Part shown: one piece after another, positions 48,306 through 62,008 of the stretch
Position numbering within the stretch: position 1 is the first letter of the stretch
Layout of the letters: each line of letters starts with the position of its first letter
Assembly (NCBI GenBank): GCA_973895155.1
Contig: OZ316895.1
Span: forward strand, 5,786,687-5,850,686
Source: Marsupella aquatica
Taxonomy: Eukaryota > Plantae > Marchantiophyta
Length of the DNA: 64,000 nt
Direction of reading: 5' to 3'
Notes under the pieces: generated by a model
Told to the model about the DNA's origin: nothing
Database searches by the model: none
Seen by the model: the letters and a program-made list of their open reading frames with translations, nothing else
Made by a program: the position numbers and the translations under genes

Positions 48306-48848
48306 ATGAAGCGGAGTGGTACCAACGGGACCGTGCAGGACTTTCCAGTTCCTCAGAAGGAGCAGTACGTACCAGTTTCGAAGACACCAGAAGCGCCGAA
48401 GGTGGTATGGCATGTCGATCCTGCTGCTCAGGTCGGGCCTCGAGAAGAAGAGGCACGACGGAAAGCGCCCGAGGGAAAGATCTTATACGCCATCAGCGCG
48501 TTCCTCACACTCATGGTGCTTTGGGGCATTTTCCGAAATACACATTTCGTCCTTCCTCAGGTGTTCTCGTCGAGCTCCGATGTCGTCACTCTCGACCAAA
48601 TCGAATCGGAGGCCACTGGCTTCCATGGAGTGGACTCTGATTCAGGTATTGGCGGGCGAAGGACAGCCAAGCACTTGCTGGAGGAGGTGGTACATTCCGA
48701 GCAATTCCTAACAGCAGAGCGGGTACCATGGCGGCGAGTTTTCAGGCCTCACAAAGTCTGGAATACTAATCAGCAGCAACAGCAACAGCAACCTTATTAC
48801 ACTGGGCGGGGTGGACGCTTTGGGCTTCGTCGAGGAGGTTCTACCTAG
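48306..48848 (+). CDS. Hypothetical single-pass (type II) membrane protein, 180 aa
   Basis: ATG-initiated ORF after a likely 5' UTR intron (GTGAGT at ~47979 to TTAG at 48240). One hydrophobic segment (ILYAISAFLTLMVLWGIF), a poly-Q stretch and an RG-rich tail. Confidence 0.65.
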   Translation: MKRSGTNGTVQDFPVPQKEQYVPVSKTPEAPKVVWHVDPAAQVGPREEEARRKAPEGKILYAISAFLTLMVLWGIFRNTHFVLPQVFSSSSDVVTLDQIESEATGFHGVDSDSGIGGRRTAKHLLEEVVHSEQFLTAERVPWRRVFRPHKVWNTNQQQQQQQPYYTGRGGRFGLRRGGST

Positions 48849-50264
48849 GTTGGCAATGGTGCTGAGGAGAGTAATGACCGAGCTATTCTGTCGATCGAGG
48901 CTGTGATATGGGTGCTTCAGCTGCCAAGCACCCATCTGGTATTTTAAGTGTAAAGCTAGCCCTTACCCTGAGAAAGAGCACAACTCCTTCATGTCGTATT
49001 GTAACCTAAGCTTAATCCACATTCTTGGCATTGAGTATGATAGGTTGTCCAACTTCTTTGATTAGATTGTTGGGGCACCAGGCAGGTGGGCAGGATCAGA
49101 TGGACGGGATCGGCGAGGGTACAGTCACGCTGCCCCTTTCCGATTGAAAAGTGAGGGTTAGCTGAGAACGGAAGCTCGGATTTACCCGATGGGTTGGAAG
49201 AAGCAGCAATGGGTACTTCTACCAATAAAACGACTCACTCACTCTTACCTTATCAGGAATGTGGGTTTTGTTTCTCTGATGTGAGTTCAACGGCTTTTGT
49301 GAGCCAAGTGCATTTTGTGGATACATTTCAGTTACATCACTAGGTCAGGTATCAGATTAGTTAGATCCGGGAATTATATGCGAGTTCCCTTTAGTTATTA
49401 TCAGTCCCCTACATTGAGCTGCCCTCCTGCTGAGTTGTGTCCCTCGTGACACATGATACTCTCTGTACATTTGAGGTCACAGTGCCCATATGCGTCTCCG
49501 TGGACCAAAAATAAATTCATTCAATTCATTCAACTAATACTGAGAATATCTGTGGTCCAATTTTCTGGCCGTTATTAACATCGCTTCTTCGAGAAGTTCA
49601 CGGGGTTTGAAAGTCATTGCTTTGGCAGTGTTGGATGGAAGAAGTCTCTGATTACTGTACTGCGAGTTTGTGAACATGGTTCAACCGATATCTTACTAGC
49701 CGAGAAACATCACCGGTGTTATTGGAGATGAGGGGCAACATGGGGCTCTCTGTTTCGGCAACTGGAGATGTACATCAACTCCAATGTCAGCCCAGTAATC
49801 TCAGAAACCGTCAGACTGAAGTAATCTAAGGCGGCAATATCAGAAAACCAAACGTTTAGTTCGATCTAAATCAAACCTCTGCTCCATAATCAACCACTAG
49901 TGTACGAAACGCGCAACTGTAGAAATGCTGCATATGGTTAGAAGAGAGATAAAGTGGTGATGTTTACCTCCATGACTACATCAAAACTCAAACGTTTCCT
50001 TCATGATTAACCACACCTGTACGAAACTCACGACCCTCAACTGCTGCAGATACTACTAGTATCAGTTTCATTTCCTACGTGTGATCGGGTCAACTCATTC
50101 TATCTGAACTGAATCTTCCTCGACAAAGCGAACAAGAAGCTAGGGTCACAGAAACAACAAAAAAGTGTCCAATATTTTTTCATATTCTTTTCCCTAGGGT
50201 GAGACTTTGACCCACAATTTCTGGGAAAAGGTACCTACAATGGGGAAACTTGGTGGATCCAGGT

Positions 50265-51100
50265 TTTCTCATGGACAGTGGGAGAATTTAATTTTTTGGG
50301 GCGAGGTGGGTCCAGGGACGAACAAGAGTTGTGCGTGTAGTGAAGAACAAGAGTTTCATTCCAGGCGTGAACCATTTTCTCTCATGTCCTCCTTGGTTGC
50401 TGTCATTGCAAACACTGTGATTCTAATGACAAGACTGCCTTAGTGTCATTTTGTCATGGACAGTGGCCCTTTAAGGACGAGAGTTTCATTTTTGGGTGCA
50501 AGGTGGGTTCAGTGACAAAAAACAGTTCCATTAAATGGAGAAAATTTCATTACAGGCAAGAACCAATTTCTCTGATGTCCTCCTTGGTTGCTATCATTGC
50601 AAACAGTGTGATTCAAATGACAAGAGTACCTTAGTGCTTGATGACGCTGGGCAAAGGCAAGCTCTTACTATGTTGAATTTATAGATGCTGTGTAAGAATT
50701 CAATTTTATTTTCTAAATCCAATCCATCTCATATACATGGATAATTGTGCCATCCTTTGGTACTGTCGTCTAGATGCAAGGTACTGTCTTCTAGATGCAG
50801 TGCATGGGTTCAATCTATTTTCTTGCTAGGTTAAAATTTATAGCTGATAAGCATGGATTTATTTATTTTTCCTTCAAATCTAATCCATCTCATATGCATT
50901 TTGGATAATAGTGCCATCCTTTGATATTTCTTAGATGTTGTGCATGGGTTGAATCTACTTTAGTGCTAGGTTGAATCCATAGATGATGTGTATGGATTCA
51001 TTAAATTTTTTCTAATCCAATCCATGTCATATGCGTTTTCAATAAGTGTGCCATCCTTTGATACTTCTGAGATACTCTGCACGGATTCAATCAGTTTCCT
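50265..51100. repeat. Two adjacent tandem arrays (~185 bp x2; ~140 bp x3)
   Basis: CATGGACAGTGG...TCCTCCTTGGTTGCT.TCATTGCAAACA.TGTGATTC occurs twice (50265-50636). AATCCAT.TCATAT...GTGCCATCCTTTG...TGCA.GG.TT.AATC occurs three times (50660-51100). Confidence 0.85.
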
Positions 51101-54100
51101 ATGAAATAATATAGCAAATAGGAAAAAAACAGCGCCATCCTTGCAGGCAAGGTAATTACAAAAGACGATTCACATAAAATAGTGTCACGAACAGGAAAAA
51201 GTTATCCTCTCGGCATTCTTGCTAGCCTCAAATGTGTGACTGCCAGTATCCAACTTCAAGAAGGTGGTGGTTTGACCCAATACAGATGTAAACACCACCA
51301 TTATTATACCTGGGTCCACCCAAAGTTAAAAACTATTTGCCAAAATTCAGCTCAAAAAGGTGGTGATTTGAGTTGTTGCCAAGTGTCATCCAATAAAGAG
51401 GTCTACACCACCATTATGATAGGGGGAATTGTTTGTGACAATACTATGTGTTGTCCTCTGGTTGGCCCTATGAAGTGTTTTCCTGCCCTTTCTCAATTTT
51501 GAAATCAGAAAAATTGTCCCATTGGACCACTACTGTAAGGGCATGTCACCATCAGCCCATCATAATATGCTTTTTATTTCACATCTCTGAAATTATGGTG
51601 GACATTTGCCCCACGGCCCCACCAGCATTCTCCTGTCCTCGGAGGATTGCGAGGACCAGTGATTTTGTATTCTTCTATTTTTGGGCTAAACATCACATCC
51701 AAATCATGTGTGACAGATATAGTAGAGTGTCTCAATTTCATTATTCTTTCTAGAGTTAAGCAGTTCGTTTTAGGACTCTAGATATATTTCTTTTGGTGAC
51801 CCTCCTATAATGTTTACTTGGGAGTTCTACCAAGCTTTTCAATTTTCTGCCAAGTAAGGTTTTTGTTAGTTAGCTTTGTTGTGGGCTCTTTGCTATTGTG
51901 TGGGACTCATGGGCTTGTTGGCCTTGTTTGGTCTTGTCAAGGTCTTTCCCTTGTCCCACCCTTTATTGAGTTTTTTTGCCTGTGAGATTGTGTCTCCCTG
52001 ATTTGGCATTTTTTGTCTTTTGGCATTGTGATATATATTTGTTAGATTATGTCTCTAGTAAAACTTATTTACTTCCATAGTAGTAGTTGGCTTTAGCAGA
52101 GTAGGATAACACTCATGTGAGTTCCAGGTTCCCATGGACCATGGGATCGGGTATATCCAAGGGGAACCCAAATGTGTACTCCCATTTGAGAGTTGTCTTA
52201 TGATTGTGTGCAGAGAGGTTGGAGGGTGAAAGAGATCAAGTCATAGTGGAGCTAGGCTATGGTGGATGTACTGTGATGTTCATATGCATTTGGTTCTTCT
52301 CTGTCATGGTAGTGAACATAGCCCAGGCGGGGTGAATCACTTACCCTTTTTGTCAGTGTTGATTCATTGTATATGTTGGTTCCTTTGCTGTCATGCTGTC
52401 CGATTAGATCCCCAACAATATTAGCATTTTTCATAAAATAAAACAATTTTTGTTTGCATTAGAAATCTGTGAATGCTTGCGTGCATCTATTGATACAAGC
52501 TCTGCAGGCATCAGGCTAATAATATTTATTTATGGTACGTTGTTCACCATAATATACATTATGACTAGATTAACTATACTCTATAATAAATGAAATTTCT
52601 TGGAAGGCAGAAATTGGTGGACGAAAAATTCTTTTGGTTAGAATGATGTGGTGGGGTGGCTGGGAAGTCAACCCTGCGTACATTAATTAAAATTTCCTTG
52701 TGCGTCATGGAAGTTTTTCTCTCAATATAATGGAAAGAACTAGACTAGATTGGCAAGGGATGATCACATTCATTTTTTGCCCCAAGACTTCAGCTAATTT
52801 GTTAAAAAATGCACACGGCGCGCTTGGAGTACTGTAAACCAGCACATGAAGCGCAGGGTGAGACAAGAAAAACAACAAGGAACTGTGACTCTAGACTAAA
52901 TTTTTAGACTAATGATGGTCTAGAGGAGTTTCAATTCCCAATGACGGTCAATTTATAAAACTAGCCTTATACTCAAGCTTATAAAGGACTCCTTATACCC
53001 AGTGATTTCCTACTCATAAGACTAATATAAATATCATTTAAAAAGATTATTCTTCTAATTTCACTATATAAAAGATAATGAAAGGTATAGTTATATTGGA
53101 ATATGCCCAATGGCAGAGGGTTTTCCTTTGAAGCCCATGTGGATTTCCAAAGCTCAAGTGAAGCCGTTGCTGCTAGTTTGGTAGTTTGTTTATAAGACTC
53201 ATTGACAATGGATTAATGATCTCAAGAAAAATCTCAAATTTTTTCTGGTTATTGATCAAACATTACAGGACATGATGGAAAAAATCGAGATTAAATAAAG
53301 ATCAAAAAGTTGTACAAATAAATTCGCAAGTTTACCAAAAATCAGATGCACAAGTTTACCCCAAACCAGCATTTAACACTTGGGATCAGGGGGTATGGAA
53401 AAAGTACCCTGGATGTCCTTTTCAAAAGTATAGGGTAATGCAAGTCTGGGTGCAGGGTTATTAGGCTGTAACCCTGCCTCCGGAATATGAAAAGAAACTG
53501 ACCGATGGCAGCCGGGAAGCTTCTTTGAATATTTCGGGAGCAGGTTGCTTATAACCCCAGCCCTGCCCTGCATTAGTGTATGTAATTTCTGCCCAGAATT
53601 TCTGCCCGGAAAGAGGTTACCGGCTCAACTTTTCAGGACACCAAATTATGACTATAGCAGGCCCCTGTAGAAATGATTACACACAGATAAACTCTTCTTG
53701 TTACAGGATTTAAGTGAATTTAGGGTGGCACGAGGATGGGCAAAGCTTACCCTAGGGCCATTCGAGCTTAATATTCCTTCCATTGCGAATCCTCATGTGG
53801 ATATGAAAAAATGGTTCGGCACAGCAAGATTTGCCCAGGGGCTTAAACCCTGGCAAATCCATCCGGTCGCAAATCCCACGACACCACCTGGCACCGAAAG
53901 TCCATGCATCAATCGCACCGGAAACAACGCCACGAAAGTTGAACTAGCCAAGTGTCGAAACATCAGATCTGAGCTGTCCATTGACTCCAGCGCCTTACTA
54001 GCCAACGGACGATCTGACTCTTACAGGATTTGAACAATCAGCTTGCGACACATGGCATGAAGCTACCCGGTTTGTGACATGTGGAGAAAGTTGCCACTTA

Positions 54101-54109
54101 TTACTGGGC

Positions 54110-54420
54110 CACGGTCAAGGCCCACAACACTTTTTCGCGGCCCGTGAGAGTTTCGGACGCTGCCCACTGCCCGTGACAATACCAAGTGGTGAAGTGGTGG
54201 GAGTGAGACTTCTGGCCGCTGCCCGTGATAATTACCAAGACAAGTGATGGACTGAAAATTTCGGCCGCTGCCCACTGCCCGTGATGAGAATGCCTAGAAT
54301 GAAGTGAGCTTTTCGGCAGCTGCCCCCTGCCCGAGAGAATGCCCAGAACGGAATGAAACATTCGGCTGCTGCCCGTGAGAAATTTACGATTCGAGTGAAA
54401 TTCTTCTTTCGCTGCCCGTT
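54110..54420. repeat. GC-rich tandem repeats upstream of the PsbP-like gene
   Basis: About six copies of (TTTCGG)..GCTGCCC(ACTGCCC)GTGA at roughly 45-60-bp spacing. Confidence 0.8.
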
Positions 54421-54911
54421 CAGACAAGTGATGGAGGGAGTAAAGTTCTTTGGCTCAAGGATTTGACATTGATCCAGATTTTGCTGCACCAACAAGTGTT
54501 TCCCTTTCCACCAGTAGTGTGGTTCGTGATTGCCATCCGTCTGAGCTGGCGTTGCGATCGACCAACATCATCTCAACTCCACAATCCAGATTAGCTCGGG
54601 GATGAGCTCCAACAACCGTTTCCCTTCCCACCAGTGATTTTCAATTGCCTTGACTCTACTCCATCCCTCCTCTGTTGATAAGTTTCAGGCTAGCTGGGTC
54701 AACAAGAGAGAATTGGGTCGACGAGGTGAAGCTAGATCGAGAGTGCGTGAGCCTGGAACATCACTCAGGAACCCCACATCAATTCAGATTGGCCCATTTA
54801 TCAGCAAGGGATCCCAAACTTCTCGTCACCCTTCAGTGAACGCAGATTCAAAGCTTCCAGAGCTCGTACAAGCACGCCGGGGAAAAGGCAGCTCTTCGGA
54901 TTGTCGAGGTT

Positions 54912-56968
54912 ATGGACATGACGACATTGTTGGGAGCAACATGTGCTAGTAGTATACCTTCGGCCAGTTTGGGACCGAAGATATTCTACTCCAGTGGCTC
55001 ATCAAGGTTTTGCGGCTCGCCTCCTGGGTTTCCTTTATCTCCATTGACCCCTTCTCCTTTCTGGGGTAGCGGTTGCAGTTGCAGCAACAGCGGCCGGCTG
55101 TATGTTCCTACTACAGCATCTAATTCATCTTCGACCTCCAGACCAACGTCATTAATCACCACCTCAGCGTCATTGAACTCAGATATGTCGAAGAATGCTA
55201 CCCCTTCTGTGACAAGGGAAGCAAGAACTTCTCCTTCAGGGATGAGCGCTGCGGCTTCTGAAGGCGCTGTTGTTGCAGAGGAACCCTCTACTTCCTATCA
55301 CATCTCGAGAGTGACTAGTGCTGACGTCAAGGCTTGGAAAGCTAGAAGAGCTGCAAGGAAGACTACAAGGAGGAGGGCTCTAGCATTTGGTTTGGTACTG
55401 GCTGGTCTTACTCAGCGAGGACCCGCATCGTCAGCTGGAGTAGAACAAGAGCACCAATCGTCTGATTCCCAGGCTAGAGATCTGATTCGATTGTCACAGA
55501 GCTCGGTTTCAGAAGTGCCAGCCCAAACGATAACCCCCGCGAGTGGGGAGCGGTATGGCGAACTTGTGACAGTCTCCACTGGCTCCTCCGACTCTTCAAA
55601 TACTGGTAAGCGGCAGGCACCAGATAGATTTAGCTTTCATTTCATGGCCCTCGCAGAAGAACCGAACGAGGGTTTAGACATAGATGAGGGCACCATATCG
55701 AATTAGCTTTAAACTTTACGGGCACCTGAATTGAGTCATGAATCAATGTCGAACGACGGTTTCTAGCAGTGAAGTGACACGTTTTTGTGCGGAGAATGGT
55801 ACATATTATCGAGGGGAGGATTTACTGCTAGGTGTCCCATACGGATGAATAGAATAACATTGAGATCGCCACGGGCCCAGTTTTAAGATACATACTTTTG
55901 TCTGACTTCAATCTTTCGTTGTGTGGCATATAATTGCTCTAAGCAGGAAAGGTTAGAGGATTACCCAGCTGGATGAGAGGAAACTACCATCTTTGCATGG
56001 GAGATGGTTTTCATGTACAGTTGCCTTCTGATTGGCACATGCATGACACTCAAGGCCGCTTTTATGGCACAGTTTTGAGGTACGCAGCACCGCATTTCAT
56101 CAAGTGGAGTTTTCATTGCTTCGTCGTAAATTTGGAGGGAGTTTACCTTAATCATGTATCTTTCTCTTCGTTCTAAGCATAGATTGCAATATTGGACCTC
56201 TGGAAATAGCGAATAACCTTATCATTTAAAAGAGTATCTGTTGGCATTTGTGTCCAGGTATGAAGATAAAGCTGACCCGACCACCAATGTCGTAGTTTTA
56301 AGAAGCCCTACATCTGAATCCCGGACAGGTAGCAACCCTGACGACTGGATCAGAGAGCAAGCATACATGCTGAGCGGCGGCACTGCCCCCATCCAATTTC
56401 AAACAAGGGACGAGGGAATGGAAGCTCGCAGGAAATTTGCTGGCGGCAAGGTCGCTATTGCTAAGGTCCTGAATGTGGATAAGCCCAAGTACAAGCAAGG
56501 GTTGACTTACTACAACTACGAAATTCTCACAAAGCAAGGTAGTCAATGAGCTCTTCGTAGATTGCCCTAAAATTTCTGTAAGTTGTGCTATTAATTAGGA
56601 TATCAAGTAAGCAGGTAGGTTGCATAATATGAAATAACGATAGTCTTGCGATATGGAAATGATGTGGTAACTCTGTGGAATGCTTTTTGAAATGTATAAT
56701 AACCTGACGAGAGCGGGTTTATAAGTGAATTGTTCACATTTCCAATGCCAAGATAATTTCTATTATGTAATGTGATCTTGTTGGAATTTGAGCAGGAGGG
56801 GAGCGTAGAGATGCTTTGCACGAGCTTGTATCAGCGGTTGTAAACAACGGCAACTTGTACATGTGCCGTGTGCAAACAGGCGAGGGTAGGTGGCAGGAGG
56901 ATTCGCGGAACATGGCACAAAGTATTGTTGACTCATTCCAAATTACTGGCTTCAAAATCAATGTTTGA
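54912..56968 (+). CDS. PsbP-family thylakoid lumen protein (divergent PsbP paralogue), ~426 aa, 4 exons
   Basis: Exons 54912-55605, 55947-56079, 56258-56538, 56796-56968 (1281 nt, open). Ser-rich transit peptide and Tat signal TTRRRALAFGLVLAG..ASSA. PsbP core motifs: GDGFHVQLPSDW, VLRYED..DPTTNV, TYYNYEILT, HELVSAVVNNGNLYMCRVQTGEGRW, SIVDSFQI. Confidence 0.85.
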
Positions 56969-59276
56969 AACGGAAAGAATGAAGTCGTATTCATCTATGT
57001 GCGCAGCCTCCAACCGACAAAATGAAAACCCAGTTGTGTAGCGAGGCGTTGTAGAAGTTACGCAGATTTCGCTGTGTATAGAGACGAAAAATCCACAAAG
57101 GCAAGTGACAAAGTAATAGCTATGTTGCAGAATTGCGTAGATTGGATATGTCGTATCCGACAACTGGGTCTCTTAAAGGCAGGGTAACTTTAGTTTTCCG
57201 TCTGTCCGGAGGAAGAAACGCACAATCATTTGGGTTATAGGGAATTCCAGTAGTGTAGACGATGAAGCACTCGTAGTGTACATATTCACCTCAACAAAAT
57301 GAGACAAAACGGGAAGTAGAATGTCGAGACGAGGGATGAGTTTTGGTATGTTGGCTCTGGACATCAGGATAGATTTGGAGCTGACAAATTTAGAAACGTA
57401 AGTGTACACAATTTTTGTGTGAGACAAATTGTCTCTGAGTTTGCATTTCATACTTCTAGTTGAGAACTGTTACCCGTAATGGTTTCTCGACCGGTAAGAG
57501 AGGGTGAAGACACATTGTCTTCGAAATCCTTGGTTTGTATGGTATTTCAAAATATGGTTGGCAAGGACTTTTACGCACTGAACGCTACGTAACCCCCGTT
57601 CCTGCCAGTCAGGACCTACGTGCTAGGACAGATTCGATTGAAAGTTAATCGTTCTCATACTCGAGTACTCTCCTACCTTGAGAAAGAAAGCTTGAAATCA
57701 CGTTCCAATCCACAGAAGAACAGATCTATACCATGAAGTTGTGAAAGATTTGGACCTCTTGGGACGGCAGTGCGGGGAAGAGATTGTATGTGAAGTGCAC
57801 TCAAAACACAAAATTACGAATGTCAAATGTGAACTAAGACACCTTGTATCAGCTGGGAAAAGATTGTGTAACGTATCTGTTGAAATATGCTACAAAAAGA
57901 TCAAATTACGAATGGCAAATTTGAATCCAGATATTTCGTACCTGCTGGGAAAAGGTTGTGGTCTGTATACCTGCCAAAAGGAAATACGAGAAGATCAAAT
58001 CTGATGTGGAAGTCAGCATCAACACCCAGGTGTGCTTATGCTACCATTATTGGCAATTTTTGCAACAAACTGATTACCATACATACAGGACAGCCTACAG
58101 GATCTGTTTTCGTGTAGTTTATATGTAAGAATATGGCAGCAAATCTCCAGTACATATCATCTGTCTACAACCCTATATTTGTGCAAGTTGATTGGTTGCC
58201 AACTAATCTCTAAACTCACGATGCATAAAGTTTAGCTTAATTGTCTACCATCTTGGTGCCTGTAGGGGATACGTTTTCCACGGATGTTTTTGCGCTTCAA
58301 TTAGGACAAATGTCGGCTTACAGATGGGAGGATTACTGGGGGTGTCGTGTGAATACTACAAGGTTTTGATTCCAGTGAATGTTTCTATAGCGCAAAAATG
58401 AGTACTCTCGTTGATCCACAAAAGAATTGCTGGGCTGCCCTTTAAGTGAAATTTACTAGATTGTGACGTACACCATAGATACATTTACTTCGGCGACAAT
58501 TTGAACACACTACAAAACACTTCGATAACGTCAACAGACTCAATAGTGTGTGATATACGAGCTTGAAATTGTTACTGTCAGCAGCATTTTCGACTCGGAA
58601 GGAGACTGGCATTGAAGAGAAGGGTAGAAAAAAAACGACATTCGTGGACTGTCATCCAGGAATCGTCCACTTACTGATTCCCGTTCGACTCTTATGCTGA
58701 TGTATTGCTTTACAAATAGTTGGAATCTCTAAAGCATGATTTAAATTTGATTGAAATCGTACAAATCGAGCAAAGTGTCCAGTTTCGATAAGCAGGTATC
58801 TTGGATCAGACTGCGTGCCATCTCGTACCTGCTGCTCTTCAAATTGTGGCATTGAACTGCACCACGTAATCTACGTCAAATGTGGGTGGTTCCCCTAACT
58901 TTGACTTGGAAGAAGACAAAGTCTGTTTTCTGTCTTCTCATCTCCAGTAAATTGCAGGTTTCAGCGATCTTGTTTTGCTCAATAGATTTCAGAGAATTAC
59001 ATTCCACGATACAATGCGTGAGGGCGCCAGATTTCCTTCTGAGATTTCAGATCATCTTCACAAGGAAGTCAATTTGCAATATCGCTGCGAGTTCAAATGC
59101 CACTGCTAGGATGGGAGCAGAGGCGACGGAATCGCCGTTCTTTGTTTGGTAACAAATATCGACTCAGCTACATTCTTGAACATATGATGACAAATTCAAT
59201 CAGGAGGAGTCAATTCCAAACATTATCAAGCTGAAGGTAGCTTGCAATGAAACTTATCGCAACCGATCGACATTTA

Positions 59277-59585
59277 TTTGCCCGAACCGCACATGGAATA
59301 CTTTACCCACCGGCCCCACTGCTTCGCTTCCAGTATTGGTGATGATTTGCTGCGAGGCGTCGGACCACGCTGGTGGTCCAATCCCGTACCAGCTCCAAAG
59401 TATGGCCAGGCTAAAGACGGCTTGCCGTGAATTTTAGCACAACCGAAAGACACTAATTGAGTAATTTCAGGATTTGCCCGAATCGCACCTACCCACGGGC
59501 CCCACCGCGAGCTGCTTCGCTTCCTATTGCTGATGATTTGCTGCGAGGTGACGGACCAGGCTGATGGTCCAATTCTGTACCAGTC
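59277..59585. repeat. Duplicated ~115-bp block (copies at ~59277 and ~59472), with an inverted fragment at ~59650
   Basis: ATTTGCCCGAA.CGCAC...CTGCTTCGCTTCC..TGATGATTTGCTGCGAGG...TGGTCCAAT occurs twice. GCAGCAAATCACCAGCA follows in the reverse orientation. Confidence 0.75.
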
Positions 59586-62008
59586 TTCCCCAACCCCAAT
59601 TTCATCACTCAGGCCATGACAAGAAAACCAGCTGTCGCGAGACGGCTAGCAGCAAATCACCAGCACTACCTGAAACCTCGGGACGGGATTCGACCAGTCA
59701 GTCGCGTTTTTAGCACAAGGTCGGAAGTAAAAGTAAGATGAGAAATGAGATGAGACCAGGAATTTCGTCAGACTGTCACAAAGCAAGAGTCATGAGAGCA
59801 GCGTGCCCAACAGCCGCTCCTACTCTGCAGCAACTCTGTAGCTCCTCGGTCATGGGCCCGTCCTTGAATGGAGGCCCCCTCACTCAGGTACACGGCAAAG
59901 AACGCCGTGCCGGACATGGTTGCTCTGTAATATTTTCCTTTCAAGCTATCTCTGAAATTATTGAACGTACAGCTGGATATGCTAGCGCTGGTCTCTCTCC
60001 CATGCTGGATGCCAGTTTCATGAAAGGATATCCGGGGCCGGATTTATAGCTAAGCAGAAGACTGACTCGGTCTTTGAGAACGGGTGCCAAAAACAACAAG
60101 ACAATGTCTCGCTCGCCAGACTTTTGCCGGCTATGACTATCGGGACGCAAGCGTTTCGTGAGTCAAAGTCATACGGCAATGGCACTGGAAGTGTTTGGTC
60201 GAACGTGGAAACAACTGAGATAAAGCCTTTGGTGAGAACCTTCAATTCGGAGGAAGAACGGGGAGAAACTGTCCGCCTCTTCGTTCCGGTGGTCTCTCTG
60301 TCCATGTAATTAACTCCACTCCTCATCCATTTCGGGGAAAACTCTTCGCCTCGTCTTTCTGATGGTTCCTCGTGCTCCTAAATGCGTGCAGCTTCCGCCC
60401 ATTGCTAAAACTTATTTGTATTTGACTGTTGCATTGCTGCAATCGAAATGCTCACATCTCAGTATTTCTGGTAATCAAGATGGCCTTGTGTTTGGATGGA
60501 TTTCGTTTCTGAAAACGCATTGCTGTACAGTATTCTTGCGATGGACTTCCTTGCTGTCACGTAGAGTTTCTCTAGGTCAAGGTCTGTCATCTTCCGAAAA
60601 ATGCTGAAATGAAGGGTCCTGTGCGGTGTGCCATCCTCGACAAGTTCTGTAGTCCTCGCCTTCTTCATGGAAGTCTACCCGTGCCGTCAATTTTCTGTAC
60701 ACCGTGCCGAATGTTTCCAACAAACTTAGGGTTTAAACGCGGACGATAAAAATTCACCGGACACTTTCAACGATTCGTTATGTGCTCAATCCTTTCATTG
60801 AATGCGATACACTCTTGCCGCAAGTCCCGGTACTTTTTGGAGTTCGAAATATGCGGAAAAGCTACCGTACTCATGTCTGCTGATTCACTCTGCGGCGTTA
60901 GAACGATTTGTGATGTCACGTAGTAATCAATTTTTCGTATGTATCCAAGAATAGAATTCAGCCATTCAGGGGTTCAATCACTAGTAAGTTGTCCGAGTAA
61001 TATGTTTACATCGAACAGTTTTCTCATTTATGGCTGTATCTGGTTACGGCCGCCCTCTGTCAGTCCCGAATAAGATGATGGAAGCCTGCGACCAGGCTCT
61101 GCCAATCCCTCACACATCTCGATTTCCTGGGTAGACCTTCTTCATTTCGTGGGGTTTCAAGTGCACTGTTTTCCGCTCTCGCTCTAATGGCCTGGTGTTC
61201 AGCAGGCTGACGTTACAAAACTTTATATCTTGGCGAGCACTATGAACTGAAGCACTTACCTTACAACGTGCCGGCAAATGTATCAGGCAGAGAGAGAAAG
61301 AAGCTATATGAAGGTGGTCCATGGCTGGTGGAGAGAGCGGGCGCAAGTGAGACGCTTCTCTCAAAGGTAACAACGGGTTGTCGTCTATTTACATCGTGAA
61401 GGTCCTTCTCAAGGAACAAGTCTATCTCAATGACGCTGGAGTGACTTCCTATTTCAATATTGTCTGTTTCTAAAAGATTTTTCTCTGGATGTGTGCAGAT
61501 ATTGAAGGAGAGCACGGACAAGAAAATGCTGAGTTAGATGAAATGTTTGAACATAGTGTGTTCATCTCCTCTTGTACCAGGTAACATGATTTTCTGTTTC
61601 TGTAGAACTCTGGGAGGCTTGACTCGAAAGGGGATGTATGCCTGTCCACATCTCTTGGTTTCGTAGCAAATGAAGAAAGGGTTAAAAAAATTAATGGAGT
61701 GCATGTCGCAGCGTGTCAATTTGTTCATGCAAATGAAACTACAGTAGAGCTAGTGAAGCTGGTCTGGCTGGAACTTACTGTCTGGTGTCCGGTGTCCACA
61801 GGGCCTCCAAAAGCTTTGGATGAAGATAAAACAAAATTCCGGGAGGCTGTGGAGATGGTGAGCGTGGCTTCTTGGGCCAGTGTAGTGTCATAGGGTATGA
61901 ACACAGCGCCCAGTTTTTGGGCAAAGTGATTGTCGTAGTACTCTGTGGACAAAGAGTCAAAGGTACCACCTCTTCCTCTTCCTCTACCACGAGAGAAAAG
62001 TAAAAGAG

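Noticed and set aside
53387-53667. Possible hAT MITE with CAGGGG ends
   Set aside because: The TIR match is only ~6 bp and there is no TSD.
61287-61700. Possible upstream coding exons of NRAMP
   Set aside because: Splice-like sites exist, but every join I tried hits a stop and one intron would be only 25 nt. More likely 5' UTR.
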